A DNA stretch of 64,000 nucleotides from an uncultured Acidobacteriota bacterium (GCA_963713825.1 CAVQNG010000014.1:256001-320000); one strand, 5' to 3'. Counted from the stretch's first letter, positions 1 to 9,446 are shown. A program made the numbers and translations. Notes: generated from the letters alone by a model not told the origin.

Positions 1-145
1 GCAGTGCTGCCTTCATCGAATAGCCGCGAGAGAGGAGCCAGGAAAGGTCCTGGACTGCAATCCGCAGGGTGGGCAGTGCAGTCGCCGAAAAGCAGCCTTC
101 GTCCTTGGGATGGGGTCCGCGGGAAGTCCGTCGGTCTGGGCTCAC
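1..145 (-). CDS. DUF434-family protein, N-terminal part (runs off the window edge)
   Basis: Not in the ORF track. AGGAG then GTG at 145 on the minus strand translates to MSPDRRTSRGPHPKDEGCFSATALPTLRIAVQDLSWLLSRGYSMKAAL; RGPHP and DLSWLLSRGY match the DUF434 N-terminus as I recall it. Confidence 0.7.
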   Translation of the reverse strand, partial: MSPDRRTSRGPHPKDEGCFSATALPTLRIAVQDLSWLLSRGYSMKAAL

Positions 146-206
146 GAGTGCTCCTGTAAGGGGGGTCTAGTGTAAGAAGTGTGCAGCCCTCTTCTCGACT
201 TGGAGC

Positions 207-1760
207 TCAATGCAGGGGTATCGGTCTGAGGCGACTCATGACGGCCCGGAGAATGAGCTCTCGGGCCCGGCCGGCGGGCACGCCGAGGTTCGAGCCACCA
301 AACTCGGGAACGACGGCTGTGGTGACTGCGACGACATGCCCGTTCAAGTCCAGAACCGGACCGCCGCTACCGCCACGAGTAGTCTCAGCATCGTAGACGA
401 TCGCCGTAGGGACGACCTGAGCCACGATACCTCGGCTCGCCAGTGGCGCAATATGCCCTTTGCGGGCCAGAAGAGCGGCCACAGCCCAGAAGTCCAGGTC
501 CTGGTTGCGAGACAGCTCGAGCATGAAGGCCTCGTCAGCCCTGGCCAACAGGGCTCGAATGCCTGTCGGGTAGCCGAGGACGATGACTTCGTCTCCACTG
601 TCGGGCGAACGATCTGAGAGGGGGAGAGTGTCGACGGTTCCCGCGATCGCGCCGCATTCCAGGACGGCGAGGTCAGCGACATCGCTCGCCACGACCAGTC
701 CGACTTCGAACGCTTCGGGGATTCCGGGGAGATATCCCTGGAGCCGGCGCATGACGGGCATCAGACCCTGGGCCATCACCATCTTGGCAGCTTCGTCGTA
801 CTCCCAAGGTAGGACTACGTGGCGATTGGTGATCAACAGTCCGTCTCCTGTGACGACGAAAGCCGTGCCTGTGAAGAACGACTCGACGATTGGACCGTGG
901 CCGCCGAGCGCGACCAGAGGCGCTCCCTCGGGACTCCGCAGCGGTAGTCCGTCCTCACCGATGCCGGCGAATCGGAGAGGCTCCCCGCTGACGGGATCGA
1001 CAAAGCCATAGGCGCCCTGCAGCAGCACGACGGATGCCGATGCGGCAGCGACAACCCTGGACGGAGCCTCGGAACGGTCCTCGAGTGCTTGCACTCTTTC
1101 GAGGGCTGTCGAAATAGCCACTCGAACCGACTCGAGGTCCTCTGGCGCCAGGCCGCGATTGTCCTCACTCTCCAGCAGTTGTGAGATTCCTTCGACTTTG
1201 AGTACCTCCTCCGACAAGCGGTGCTCCAAACGGAAACTATGAAAGGCCAGGTACCCGGTGGTGAGGACCAGGGCTCCCAGCAAGAAGACCAGAACGGCGC
1301 GAAACGTCGCGGAAGTCTGGGTGGCCATCTCCTTTGGGGCGCCCGCCAGGATGAGCGCAGCCTGATTGATCCTCGAGTCGGTGCGATAGCGCGCGCAATC
1401 GACGCAATCTGAGAAGGCCTCTGAGAAAGTCTTGGCCGCTTCCGAACCGGGGGGGTAGAGACGAAAGCGAAGAATCGGACCATCTCGCCCGATCTCCAGG
1501 AGGTCGCCGGAGGCCAGCAAGGCTTCTTGCTTTTGCTCGCCGTTGACCCATACCTCTTCACCAGGTTCGACCAGCAGCTCGTAGGTGTTCTGCCTGCGGT
1601 GCAGGGTGGCGTGTCGTTCTGCGACGCAAGGCTCGGGCGAGACCCGGATTTCCAGCTCGGGACTGTCACCGATGCGGAGAATGTCTCCGCGCAACCGCTG
1701 GGTAGTACCTCGGCGAAGACCCGAGAGATGGACGATGACCGGAATCGGCTGGTTGGTCAC
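207..1760 (-). CDS. FHA domain + transmembrane helix + trypsin-like (S1/Trypsin_2) serine protease
   Basis: N-terminal FHA-like motifs (RIG, ERHA, VWVNG, GDLLEIG); hydrophobic helix AVLVFLLGALVLTTGYLAF; catalytic triad motifs TNRHVV, DLAVL, GGSGGPV. Confidence 0.85.
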   Translation of the reverse strand: MTNQPIPVIVHLSGLRRGTTQRLRGDILRIGDSPELEIRVSPEPCVAERHATLHRRQNTYELLVEPGEEVWVNGEQKQEALLASGDLLEIGRDGPILRFRLYPPGSEAAKTFSEAFSDCVDCARYRTDSRINQAALILAGAPKEMATQTSATFRAVLVFLLGALVLTTGYLAFHSFRLEHRLSEEVLKVEGISQLLESEDNRGLAPEDLESVRVAISTALERVQALEDRSEAPSRVVAAASASVVLLQGAYGFVDPVSGEPLRFAGIGEDGLPLRSPEGAPLVALGGHGPIVESFFTGTAFVVTGDGLLITNRHVVLPWEYDEAAKMVMAQGLMPVMRRLQGYLPGIPEAFEVGLVVASDVADLAVLECGAIAGTVDTLPLSDRSPDSGDEVIVLGYPTGIRALLARADEAFMLELSRNQDLDFWAVAALLARKGHIAPLASRGIVAQVVPTAIVYDAETTRGGSGGPVLDLNGHVVAVTTAVVPEFGGSNLGVPAGRARELILRAVMSRLRPIPLH

Positions 1761-1908
1761 TGCATGACCCTAGTGCCAGGCTCTGTGGAGGGCGAAGCGG
1801 GGCATTCCACGTCGCTGTCTCCGGCTCCATGAATAGGCGTTCTCCTCAACCAGAGATACGGCAGAAGTCTAGCAGTTGGATCCGACCCCATCGGCGGAGC
1901 CGCGTCCG

Positions 1909-2247
1909 TCAACCGAGTCGATACCGTTCACGGAGTCGAGCGCTACGGAAGACCAGTGCCGAGGCGAGAGTGAACAGGCAGACGGCCCCCAAGATGACGG
2001 CCGATCGCGCCCATGGCATGCCCTGGTGTTGTCGTTGCAGGGCCAGGATCACCGCTGTTCGCAACCACTCGAGACTGGCGAGGACGAGAACCCCTTGAAT
2101 GAGCCGCGCCACCCAACCCTCTCGCAGGAAGAGGAGACCGAGGAGTATCAGGGGCACGATAATGAGGAAACTCATGTTGTGTCTCGAGAAATGGGCCCCC
2201 AGGAGCAGCAGACTGAGGATCACCGGCAGCAGTCGAAGGAAGTTCAA
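1909..2247 (-). CDS. Small four-TM membrane protein of unknown function
   Basis: The TTG start at 2247 overlaps the TGA of the upstream radical SAM gene (TTGA coupling); LSLLLLGAHFSR motif and four hydrophobic segments. Confidence 0.7.
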   Translation of the reverse strand: MNFLRLLPVILSLLLLGAHFSRHNMSFLIIVPLILLGLLFLREGWVARLIQGVLVLASLEWLRTAVILALQRQHQGMPWARSAVILGAVCLFTLASALVFRSARLRERYRLG

Positions 2248-3524
2248 AGCAGGGCTCCCAGGAAATCGGCTTCGAAAGCCTCGTTGGTGGCATAGGCGTG
2301 TCCGAAGGTCTGCTCCCAAATGTGCGTCGGTTCCATGCAGAGATAGAAGAAGACGTCCTTCTGCCAGGGCTCTAGTGCCTGCAAGAGATGCCGAAACAAC
2401 TCCAGCTTGATGCTGTCCGGGTAGGTCAGTTTGCCGTGGGCGTCGGGCACCAGCTCCATCTGGAGAATTTTTGTCTCACCACCCCGGCGCCGAATTTCTT
2501 GCACTACCGGCTTGATCAGAGTGACCGAGCCCATGGATAAGAATGCCACTTCTTCTGTCTCGAAGCGTTGCACGAGCTTCTGGGCAACCTCGCTGTAGTC
2601 CTCTTGCCAGCCGCGATAGTGCACCATGGGATGGAAGTGGAAGGCGATCCTGATCCCCTTGTCTGCCACCTGGCGGGCCGCCTCGAGACGACGACGCAGA
2701 TCGGCCGTGTGGTGCTCCTCGTTGCGAATCAAGGTGTCCGTGGAGAGTGACCAGCTACAGACCACGTTCTTCGGTACCCGCCTCTCCAGGAGGTAACGGG
2801 TGTTGGCCGATTTTGTCTTGAGCTCGAGCAGCACATTTGGGTTGTCGGCGGCGAATTCGAGTAGGGATTCCAAGTGTCCGCCTCGGTTTCCCCAGACCAG
2901 TGAGTCCGAGGACTGCCCAGTACCGATGTGGTACCTCCGATCCGGGTCCAACTCGATTGCGGCGAGCTTGCCTGAGAGATCGGCTTCGAGCTCTGCCGTC
3001 TCCCCGTAGAACGTCTGAATCGTGCAGTAGCTGCAACCGAAAGGACAGCCTCTGACCGCGTCGAGCGTATGGAGCCCGCAGCAAACCGTGTGCTCCGAGT
3101 AAGCCGGGCAGAGACCGAGTACTTCCTTGTCCGTCTGGCGCTCCTCGAGACGTACCTGGCGGCGGGCGGGTGGAGTCAAACCCCGCGCCGGGTATGTCTT
3201 GGGACCGCGATCGAGCTCCTGGAGGTGTTGTTGCAGGCCCCGGAAGAGGGCCTTCTTGCGCTCCCTTCCCGCACCAGAGGTGATCGACTCCAGTTGGCTC
3301 CAAACAGGCTCGAATGCCGTCTCGCACCACATTTCGAGATCGCGAGCGGCCTGCGCGGTCAGGCGTAGCTCCTGAAACGTGAAGCGGTAGGTTCGTGCCA
3401 CTGCGAGGAGGAACTGGCGAGTCGAGGGCTCCAGCCGGGGGGCGAGTGTGCGCTCGACGAAGCTCTCCAGCTTGTCTGCATACCCTCCAATCCCGACCGG
3501 GGTCTCTGCGGCAGGTTCCAGCAC
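2244..3524 (-). CDS. Spore photoproduct lyase (SplB)-like radical SAM protein
   Basis: CxxxCxxC motif GCPFGCSYC; SPL-like motifs GTGQSSDSL, LELKTKS, SWSL, RLEAAR, FHFHP, YLCME. Confidence 0.8.
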   Translation of the reverse strand: MLEPAAETPVGIGGYADKLESFVERTLAPRLEPSTRQFLLAVARTYRFTFQELRLTAQAARDLEMWCETAFEPVWSQLESITSGAGRERKKALFRGLQQHLQELDRGPKTYPARGLTPPARRQVRLEERQTDKEVLGLCPAYSEHTVCCGLHTLDAVRGCPFGCSYCTIQTFYGETAELEADLSGKLAAIELDPDRRYHIGTGQSSDSLVWGNRGGHLESLLEFAADNPNVLLELKTKSANTRYLLERRVPKNVVCSWSLSTDTLIRNEEHHTADLRRRLEAARQVADKGIRIAFHFHPMVHYRGWQEDYSEVAQKLVQRFETEEVAFLSMGSVTLIKPVVQEIRRRGGETKILQMELVPDAHGKLTYPDSIKLELFRHLLQALEPWQKDVFFYLCMEPTHIWEQTFGHAYATNEAFEADFLGALL

Positions 3525-4133
3525 CTAGTCAGCTGCTGCGATGGGAACGCAGACCTCGGTCGTGATCCAACGCATGCAGAGATCCGCTCCTGCACCACTC
3601 GGCTCGAACGCGAAGGTGAATTGGTCGATCTCCTCTTCGAGAGCTGTCACGGATGCCTCGTAGCTCAGGACCTCGGAGGCCGCTAGGTCGGCCGCTTCGA
3701 ACTTCTGGGTCTCCATGTCGAACCGTCCGGTACCCGACAGGCCAAGTGCCGAGTTGAACTGCACCGCCCACGTTTCGGGTCCGGGTACCGTGAAGATGGA
3801 GTAGGTGCCGGCTGCGAGCTTCTGGTCGCCGATTCGAACATCTCCGGTCAGGGTGATCTCCGTGGCTTCGTTGGCACCGGTGCGCCAGGTCTTGCCGTAG
3901 GGCACCAGCGCACCGCTGTCCTCGGTGCCGAAAATGTTGTCCCGGCCCCGCATGTAGGGCCGGCTGTAGACGACCTTCACGTAGGTGTCGCCGATAAAGG
4001 TCCGTGCGATTCCGGTCGGACTCGGTCGCCGGGATGGGTGCAAATCCTGGGCTTCGACGGCGGTGGTCGAGAGCCAGGTGCCAAGCAACAACATGCTGGT
4101 CATCAATGCCAAGGTAGTCTTCTTCAGATACAT
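3525..4133 (-). CDS. DUF2911 domain exported protein
   Basis: Signal peptide; RPSP, YSRP, LVPYGKTWRTGANEAT and AGTYSIFTVP motifs typical of DUF2911. Confidence 0.85.
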   Translation of the reverse strand: MYLKKTTLALMTSMLLLGTWLSTTAVEAQDLHPSRRPSPTGIARTFIGDTYVKVVYSRPYMRGRDNIFGTEDSGALVPYGKTWRTGANEATEITLTGDVRIGDQKLAAGTYSIFTVPGPETWAVQFNSALGLSGTGRFDMETQKFEAADLAASEVLSYEASVTALEEEIDQFTFAFEPSGAGADLCMRWITTEVCVPIAAAD

Positions 4134-4330
4134 CGCAGCGTCTCCTTGTCTCCAGTTGATTGCGCCCTTCAGAGGCGAGCATCATCGGCTCACCGAACTG
4201 ATCGATTACAAACGTGGCGGGAATTCTAACCGAAGCGCAGGGTATGTCGCTCTTCAACCAGTTCGCGGAGCGACAGGCGGTTGTGACCGATCTAACTTCT
4301 TTCAGCGCCGGAAACAGTTGTAATACCTAG

Positions 4331-4429
4331 CGAGGACAGGCAGGCCAGAATTTCGAGAGTCCCATAGCTCCGGTCGTGGACCAAGCCAGGGGGATTAGGG
4401 GCTTCTCGCGACTCGGTTTCCTGTCCTCG
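4331..4429 (+). other. 99-nt imperfect intergenic hairpin (candidate structured RNA or MITE-like element)
   Basis: CGAGGACAGG (4331-4340) is the exact reverse complement of CCTGTCCTCG (4420-4429); inner helices AGGCC/GGTTT, CGAGAGTCCC/GGGCTTCTCG and GGTC/GACC. Confidence 0.4.
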
Positions 4430-4578
4430 TTCTATTTTCTGACAGCACCTCCCTTCCAAGACTCCCGGTTGCTGTGCCATGCCGAACGACCATGGACTGG
4501 CCATATACTTGTCTCGTATCGGAGACGGTGGGCTTCACCATCGACTCTCTAAGACGATATCGGAACGGGGATTTGAAG

Positions 4579-6297
4579 ATGAGACGTGCGCTGATCTTGA
4601 TTGTGCTGATGGCAGCCAATGCGCAGGCTGGGGTCGTGGAACGGTACTTGGAAGCCTATTTCGAGATGTACCCGAGCCGTGCAACTGCGGCAGGAATGCA
4701 CGATCGGGACGACCTCCTCGAGGATTTTTCGGCGGCCAAACTCTCGCAATGGGTGTCCTTCAATTCAGGTGTTGTGGAGGAGCTGAGGAGAGCCTTGGCG
4801 GGCTCCGAAATGGCCTTCGAGGATCGTTTGGATGCCGAGCTACTGCTGCGAGAGGCCGAGCTGCAGGTACTGGACCTGGCACGCCTCGAAAGGCCTCAAA
4901 AGGACCCTCTCTTCTGGACGGGAGTCGTCAGTCAAGCAACGGTGTTCCTGTTGGTACGCGAGGACCTACCGCGCGAAGTGCGCCTGACAGCGGTGGCCTC
5001 GCGAGCGGAACAGATCCCGCGGCTAGCCGCTCAGGCGCGGGCTTCGCTGACCGCGACCGACCCCAGCGCGATATCTCCCGAGCTCTGCCAGCTGGCTTCC
5101 GGCCAGGCGAGGGCCTCCTCCCAGTTCTATACCGAGGGACTCGCTGCGGCGACCCAGGACGAGGACGATCCTCGACTTCGACAGCGTCTGGCGACAGCAG
5201 GGGAGCAAGCGGGACGGGCTCTCTCGGACCTGGCGGGTTTCTTGGAGGAGCTGGGGGAGAAGGCGACCGGTTCGGCTCGCCTCGGAGAGGACTACCGGTC
5301 GAGGTTCGAGATCGTCAACGGAATGACCACTCCGTTGGACGAGGTGTCGAATGGGGCCAAGAAGGACTTGGCCGCAAAAGTCAGCGAGACCGCGGATTTT
5401 GGTCGTAGCGTCTGGACCGAAGTGATGGGCGATGAGGAGCCACCGGCTGACGACAAGCTCCTCGTGCAGGCTCTTTTCGCCAGAATCGGCGAGGATCGGG
5501 CCTCGTCGGTCGACGAGTTCATTGCCGACTATAGGCGACTGGTCGATGAATCTGTGGCCTTCGTAAGGCAGAGGGAGATCATCACGCTGCCGGAGCCTCT
5601 GACCCTTTTCGTCGGACGGTCGCCCGATTTCTTTATCGGTCAGTCGGTTGGAGGGGTTTATCCAGCGGGACCGTTTGCCGCTGCGGACAGCAAAACTCTG
5701 CTCTTTCTACCGACCCCATCGGCCGATGCCTCGGAGGAGCAGCTCGCGGCCTTCTTCCGAGACTTCAACCATCACTTTAACGTTATGATCACGCCGCATG
5801 AATTGATTCCTGGGCACTATCTGCAGCTCAAATGGGCGGCTCGGCACCCGAGAAAGGTACGGGCTCTCTTTGGAGATGGCGTCTATATCGAGGGTTGGGG
5901 GACATTCAGCGAGAGATTGATGCTGGATGTTGGCTGGGGTGGGCCTCTGGATCGACTGGCACACCTGAAGAAGCAGCTCGAGAACATCGCCCGCACCATC
6001 GTAGATATCGGAGTCCATACGCAGGGTATGAGCCGAGAGGAAGTTCTTCGATTGGTTCGGGAGGAGGCCCTGCAGGATGAGCAATTTGCCGACAACATGT
6101 GGTGGAGGGCTCTGACCAGCGCGCCGCAACTGACCTCCTACCATCTTGGCTATCGACAGGTACACGATCTATACGAGGACGTCAGGGCACGGCAGGGAGA
6201 GGATTTCCGATTGCAGGAATTCATGGACGGCATGATGGTTCTGGGGCCGGTTCCTGTGCGTTACTACCGGGAGCAGTTCCTGGGAGGGAGGCCCTGA
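4579..6297 (+). CDS. DUF885 family exported protein (putative metallopeptidase)
   Basis: ATG 4579 gives signal peptide MRRALILIVLMAANAQA; motifs HELIPGHYLQ, EGWG, DIGVH, PQLTSYHLG. Confidence 0.85.
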   Translation: MRRALILIVLMAANAQAGVVERYLEAYFEMYPSRATAAGMHDRDDLLEDFSAAKLSQWVSFNSGVVEELRRALAGSEMAFEDRLDAELLLREAELQVLDLARLERPQKDPLFWTGVVSQATVFLLVREDLPREVRLTAVASRAEQIPRLAAQARASLTATDPSAISPELCQLASGQARASSQFYTEGLAAATQDEDDPRLRQRLATAGEQAGRALSDLAGFLEELGEKATGSARLGEDYRSRFEIVNGMTTPLDEVSNGAKKDLAAKVSETADFGRSVWTEVMGDEEPPADDKLLVQALFARIGEDRASSVDEFIADYRRLVDESVAFVRQREIITLPEPLTLFVGRSPDFFIGQSVGGVYPAGPFAAADSKTLLFLPTPSADASEEQLAAFFRDFNHHFNVMITPHELIPGHYLQLKWAARHPRKVRALFGDGVYIEGWGTFSERLMLDVGWGGPLDRLAHLKKQLENIARTIVDIGVHTQGMSREEVLRLVREEALQDEQFADNMWWRALTSAPQLTSYHLGYRQVHDLYEDVRARQGEDFRLQEFMDGMMVLGPVPVRYYREQFLGGRP

Positions 6298-6310
6298 GAT
6301 CTCGGGCCTC

Positions 6311-7942
6311 ATGATCTTCGCCGATTGGAAGAAGCTCCTGGTCGGTGCAGGGCTGGTCTGTCTCTGTACGGTAGAGATTTCATCTGCAAGAGAACTCGCC
6401 TTGCAGGAGGTCAGTCTCTCACTCCCCGGCGTGCCGTCCCTGGTGCTGCCGGCTGATGTCGATCAGGATGGGCATCTCGACCTTGTCGTCGTTGTCGCTT
6501 ATACAGAGTGGGACCAGATCGACATCCAGGAAGTCAGCGAGATGCAGGGAGTCGAGGGACTGGTCGAGATCCTCACCGTCATTCCGGCACTTACGGACCG
6601 TCGAGAGCTCTGGGTCTTCCGATCCAAGCAGACGGGTGGCTATGAGCTCCTGGGTGATGCTCTGCCACTGGACCTTACGGTTCTCTCGATGGCAGCGACG
6701 GAGGATGGCGCCCGGGTCCTGGCGCTCACCGATCGTGGGGCCTCGGTGTTGCGGCTACAGAAGGAGGAATCAGGACCTCGCCTCGAGTTGGTGCCTTGGG
6801 TGGACAGACCGCCGGTGTTGGCCGGAAGTGGCACCTTTCTTCCGAACCTCGAACTGCTTCACGACTTGAACGGAGATGGGGCGGAGGATCTGCTCCTACC
6901 GACCCGAGATGGCCTGGCTGTATTTCTCGGACCGGTGGGAGAGGCATCGCCAGTGATGGCCAGCTTGTCGAAACTGCCCGGGGAGGAGAATCGGGTTGAT
7001 GGCGAAGTGGTTCTGCACTACCCGATGCCAGTTCTGCGGAAGGTGGATGGCGACGATTTGCCGGATCTTCTCGTTGCCGATCTGAATCGTGACTGGAGGC
7101 AATTCCACGTGCTCCGAAGTAGCGGTGACGGCCGGTTTGCTCTACCCATAGAACTGCCCCCAGGCGAGGAGAGAAAGGGTCATCCGATCGCCTACTTCGG
7201 GGACCTGGATGGCGATCATCTCGCTGAGTACGTCACCGAAGAGGATTTGAGTGACGACGATGCCGGCATGCGCAAGGAGGTGCGGGAGGCGAAACGCCCT
7301 CCGGTGCGCTACCGCCTGCACCGAGCGGGAGAAGACCTGGCGATGGAAGAGAATCCCTATGAGCAGTTCGAAGCGATCGGCTACGCATTCGAAGAGGGGA
7401 ATGATTCGGAGTTCCATCTGCCGGCGGGATTCCAGGACTTGGATGCCGATGGCCGCCAGGACCTGATCTCCATCACATTGGAATTTTCCCTGCTCAAGGC
7501 ACTGAGTATCCTGGCCACGCAGAGGATCAGCATCGGTCTGGACTTCCATGTCTGGTGCCAGGATGAAAGCGGTGCTTTCGAGCCAGTGGACGACCTCGAT
7601 CTGTCGGGCCGCTTTCGACTGAATCTCAAGAACCTCCGTGTCAGTCAGTTGTCACAATTCGCTGGTGACTTCGATGGTGACGGGCGCACCGACTTCGTTC
7701 AGATCGGCAGGGGCCGCAAGGTCACAATTCACCGTGGTGGGGAAGGATGTCGCTTTCCGGCAGAGCCCGACCTCTTGATCCGGTTGACGGCAGAGCCCCA
7801 GGATTTGAGCCTGGTCCAGGTGAGAGATCTCGACGGGGATGGCAGGGCCGACCTGATGGTGACCCAACCCGAGGGCCGACGGGAAATGGGAGTCACTCCA
7901 AGGGCTCGTCTCGACCTCTACCTGAGTGGGGTGGGCCAGTGA
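6311..7942 (+). CDS. FG-GAP/VCBS repeat exported protein
   Basis: Signal peptide; repeated DxDxDGxxD Ca-binding motifs (DVDQDGHLD, DLNGDGAED, DLDADGRQD, DFDGDGRTD, DLDGDGRAD). Confidence 0.8.
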   Translation: MIFADWKKLLVGAGLVCLCTVEISSARELALQEVSLSLPGVPSLVLPADVDQDGHLDLVVVVAYTEWDQIDIQEVSEMQGVEGLVEILTVIPALTDRRELWVFRSKQTGGYELLGDALPLDLTVLSMAATEDGARVLALTDRGASVLRLQKEESGPRLELVPWVDRPPVLAGSGTFLPNLELLHDLNGDGAEDLLLPTRDGLAVFLGPVGEASPVMASLSKLPGEENRVDGEVVLHYPMPVLRKVDGDDLPDLLVADLNRDWRQFHVLRSSGDGRFALPIELPPGEERKGHPIAYFGDLDGDHLAEYVTEEDLSDDDAGMRKEVREAKRPPVRYRLHRAGEDLAMEENPYEQFEAIGYAFEEGNDSEFHLPAGFQDLDADGRQDLISITLEFSLLKALSILATQRISIGLDFHVWCQDESGAFEPVDDLDLSGRFRLNLKNLRVSQLSQFAGDFDGDGRTDFVQIGRGRKVTIHRGGEGCRFPAEPDLLIRLTAEPQDLSLVQVRDLDGDGRADLMVTQPEGRREMGVTPRARLDLYLSGVGQ

Positions 7943-9441
7943 AGAGGTTGGCCCTCTCGATTGCGATCCTGCTCGCGTGCCCAGCGGGGGCGCTGTCGAC
8001 AGAAGAGGCTACCCAGACTCAGACAACTGGTGCTTGGAGGTCGAGCGAGGCTCCCGGTGCCGAGCTCTTCGAAGTCATGCTGCCAGGTCCGCTGCTCCAG
8101 GTCGAGGCATTCGAGTCACCGACGGGGGAGCGATCCCTGATGCTACTCGTCGAGGCTGCGGACGACTCGGCAGCGCCGCGTTTCATCTATCAGCTCCTCG
8201 TCGATCCCTCCAGAAGCTTGAGTGACCTTCCGGTGGTCGTGCCTCCAGATGCTGACGCTCTGGTTGCCGTCGATCTTGCCGGGGACGGAGATCTCGAGCT
8301 ACTGGTTGGAGAGCACGGCAGGATTTTTCGAGTTGGCGGCGAAGGCAAGCTCGAGGTTGTGCTGGAAGGCCTGTGGGTCGACCTGAAGGGAAGGGCGCGG
8401 TTGGGGTCCGATGACTCGACACCCCCCACCGGTGAGCTTGTTCTGGCCTCAGTCGGAAGTGCTGAGCGCCTAGCACTCGAGGCAGGTGGGGTCGGGCTTC
8501 GTGTCGTCGACCAGTATCGAATTCCGCAGCGAGCCAAGATGAAGGGGAGTTGGTTGCGTCTTTCCTCACCACTGGTGTCCGCGCTCCCGGACCCGGAGTC
8601 TCCTGGTGCCTTCATCTATCTTGTAGGGCCAGAGGCAGTCGGAGATCGGCGACTTCGAACGCTGGTTCTCGAGCCCGGCGGAAGTCTCGACGGATCGACC
8701 CGCGAGTTGTGGTCGCAACTGCCCTCACCCGAATCGGTGGAAGAGAGCCTCTATGCGCTGCTCGATGGCGAGATCGTGCTCCTGGTTACGACGGTTCAAT
8801 CGGATCGGCGCGGCATCTTCGAGAAGGAGAAGTTCCGAGCTCTACGGCTTTCCGAGGATCGAAGTCGATCTGGGGGCACGGCGATGTTCGAGACAAAGTC
8901 CCGGACGCGCAACTGGTACAGCGCTGGTATGACGGTGGCGGATGTAGACCGGGATGGCTTCGACGATCTGGTTCTGGTCCAGCCCAAGGGCCTTGGTGGT
9001 GGCAAGCTGGTGGTCGAGGCCTTTATGGGCCTGGGCTCGGGTGAGTTCGACGACCGTGCCCGCAGAACCAACCTGGAAGTCGAGACAGAGCACTGGAGCT
9101 ATGGGGAGGATCTCGATGGGGATGGTTTCCCGGATCTGGTTCTCATCGCAGGCGAGGCCCTGCTCGTGTTTGCCGGAGTTGCCGATTCGACGAGCAGTCT
9201 GGTGGTCCGCGAGGAGAGCACCTGGAGGGTTCCCACAGGCGGGGTCGATGACCACCTGAGGGTTTTCGATGTACAGGGCGACGACAGGCCCGAAGTCGTT
9301 CTGATCGACAGGCGAGGGGCGAGCTTCACTACCCCTGAGCCGCCAGAAACCGAGGACTCGGGACCGAGCTCGGAGGGTGAGGAAGAACCTATCCGAGGCC
9401 GTCTGAGCCTGGTCGTTTTCTCCAATCCCGATCGCCGCTAA
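7939..9441 (+). CDS. FG-GAP/VCBS repeat exported protein
   Basis: GTG at 7939 overlaps the upstream TGA (GTGA); signal peptide MKRLALSIAILLACPAGA; DLAGDGDLE, DVDRDGFDD, DLDGDGFPD motifs. Confidence 0.75.
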   Translation: MKRLALSIAILLACPAGALSTEEATQTQTTGAWRSSEAPGAELFEVMLPGPLLQVEAFESPTGERSLMLLVEAADDSAAPRFIYQLLVDPSRSLSDLPVVVPPDADALVAVDLAGDGDLELLVGEHGRIFRVGGEGKLEVVLEGLWVDLKGRARLGSDDSTPPTGELVLASVGSAERLALEAGGVGLRVVDQYRIPQRAKMKGSWLRLSSPLVSALPDPESPGAFIYLVGPEAVGDRRLRTLVLEPGGSLDGSTRELWSQLPSPESVEESLYALLDGEIVLLVTTVQSDRRGIFEKEKFRALRLSEDRSRSGGTAMFETKSRTRNWYSAGMTVADVDRDGFDDLVLVQPKGLGGGKLVVEAFMGLGSGEFDDRARRTNLEVETEHWSYGEDLDGDGFPDLVLIAGEALLVFAGVADSTSSLVVREESTWRVPTGGVDDHLRVFDVQGDDRPEVVLIDRRGASFTTPEPPETEDSGPSSEGEEEPIRGRLSLVVFSNPDRR

Positions 9442-9446
9442 CTCAA

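Noticed and set aside
1666-1830. AGGAG + ATG (1830, minus strand) short ORF overlapping the FHA-protease start in another frame
   Set aside because: The product is featureless; I cannot distinguish a uORF, a frameshift and chance.
4331-4429. SRP (4.5S) RNA call for the hairpin
   Set aside because: The domain IV signature (CAGG, GNRA loop, AGCA) is absent on both strands; kept only as an unknown hairpin.
7747-7938. Long N-terminal extensions in the ORF track (also at 4474, 11741, 12477, 13349, 33107, 59203, 62440)
   Set aside because: They overlap neighbouring genes or precede the signal peptide or RBS; downstream starts were chosen instead.
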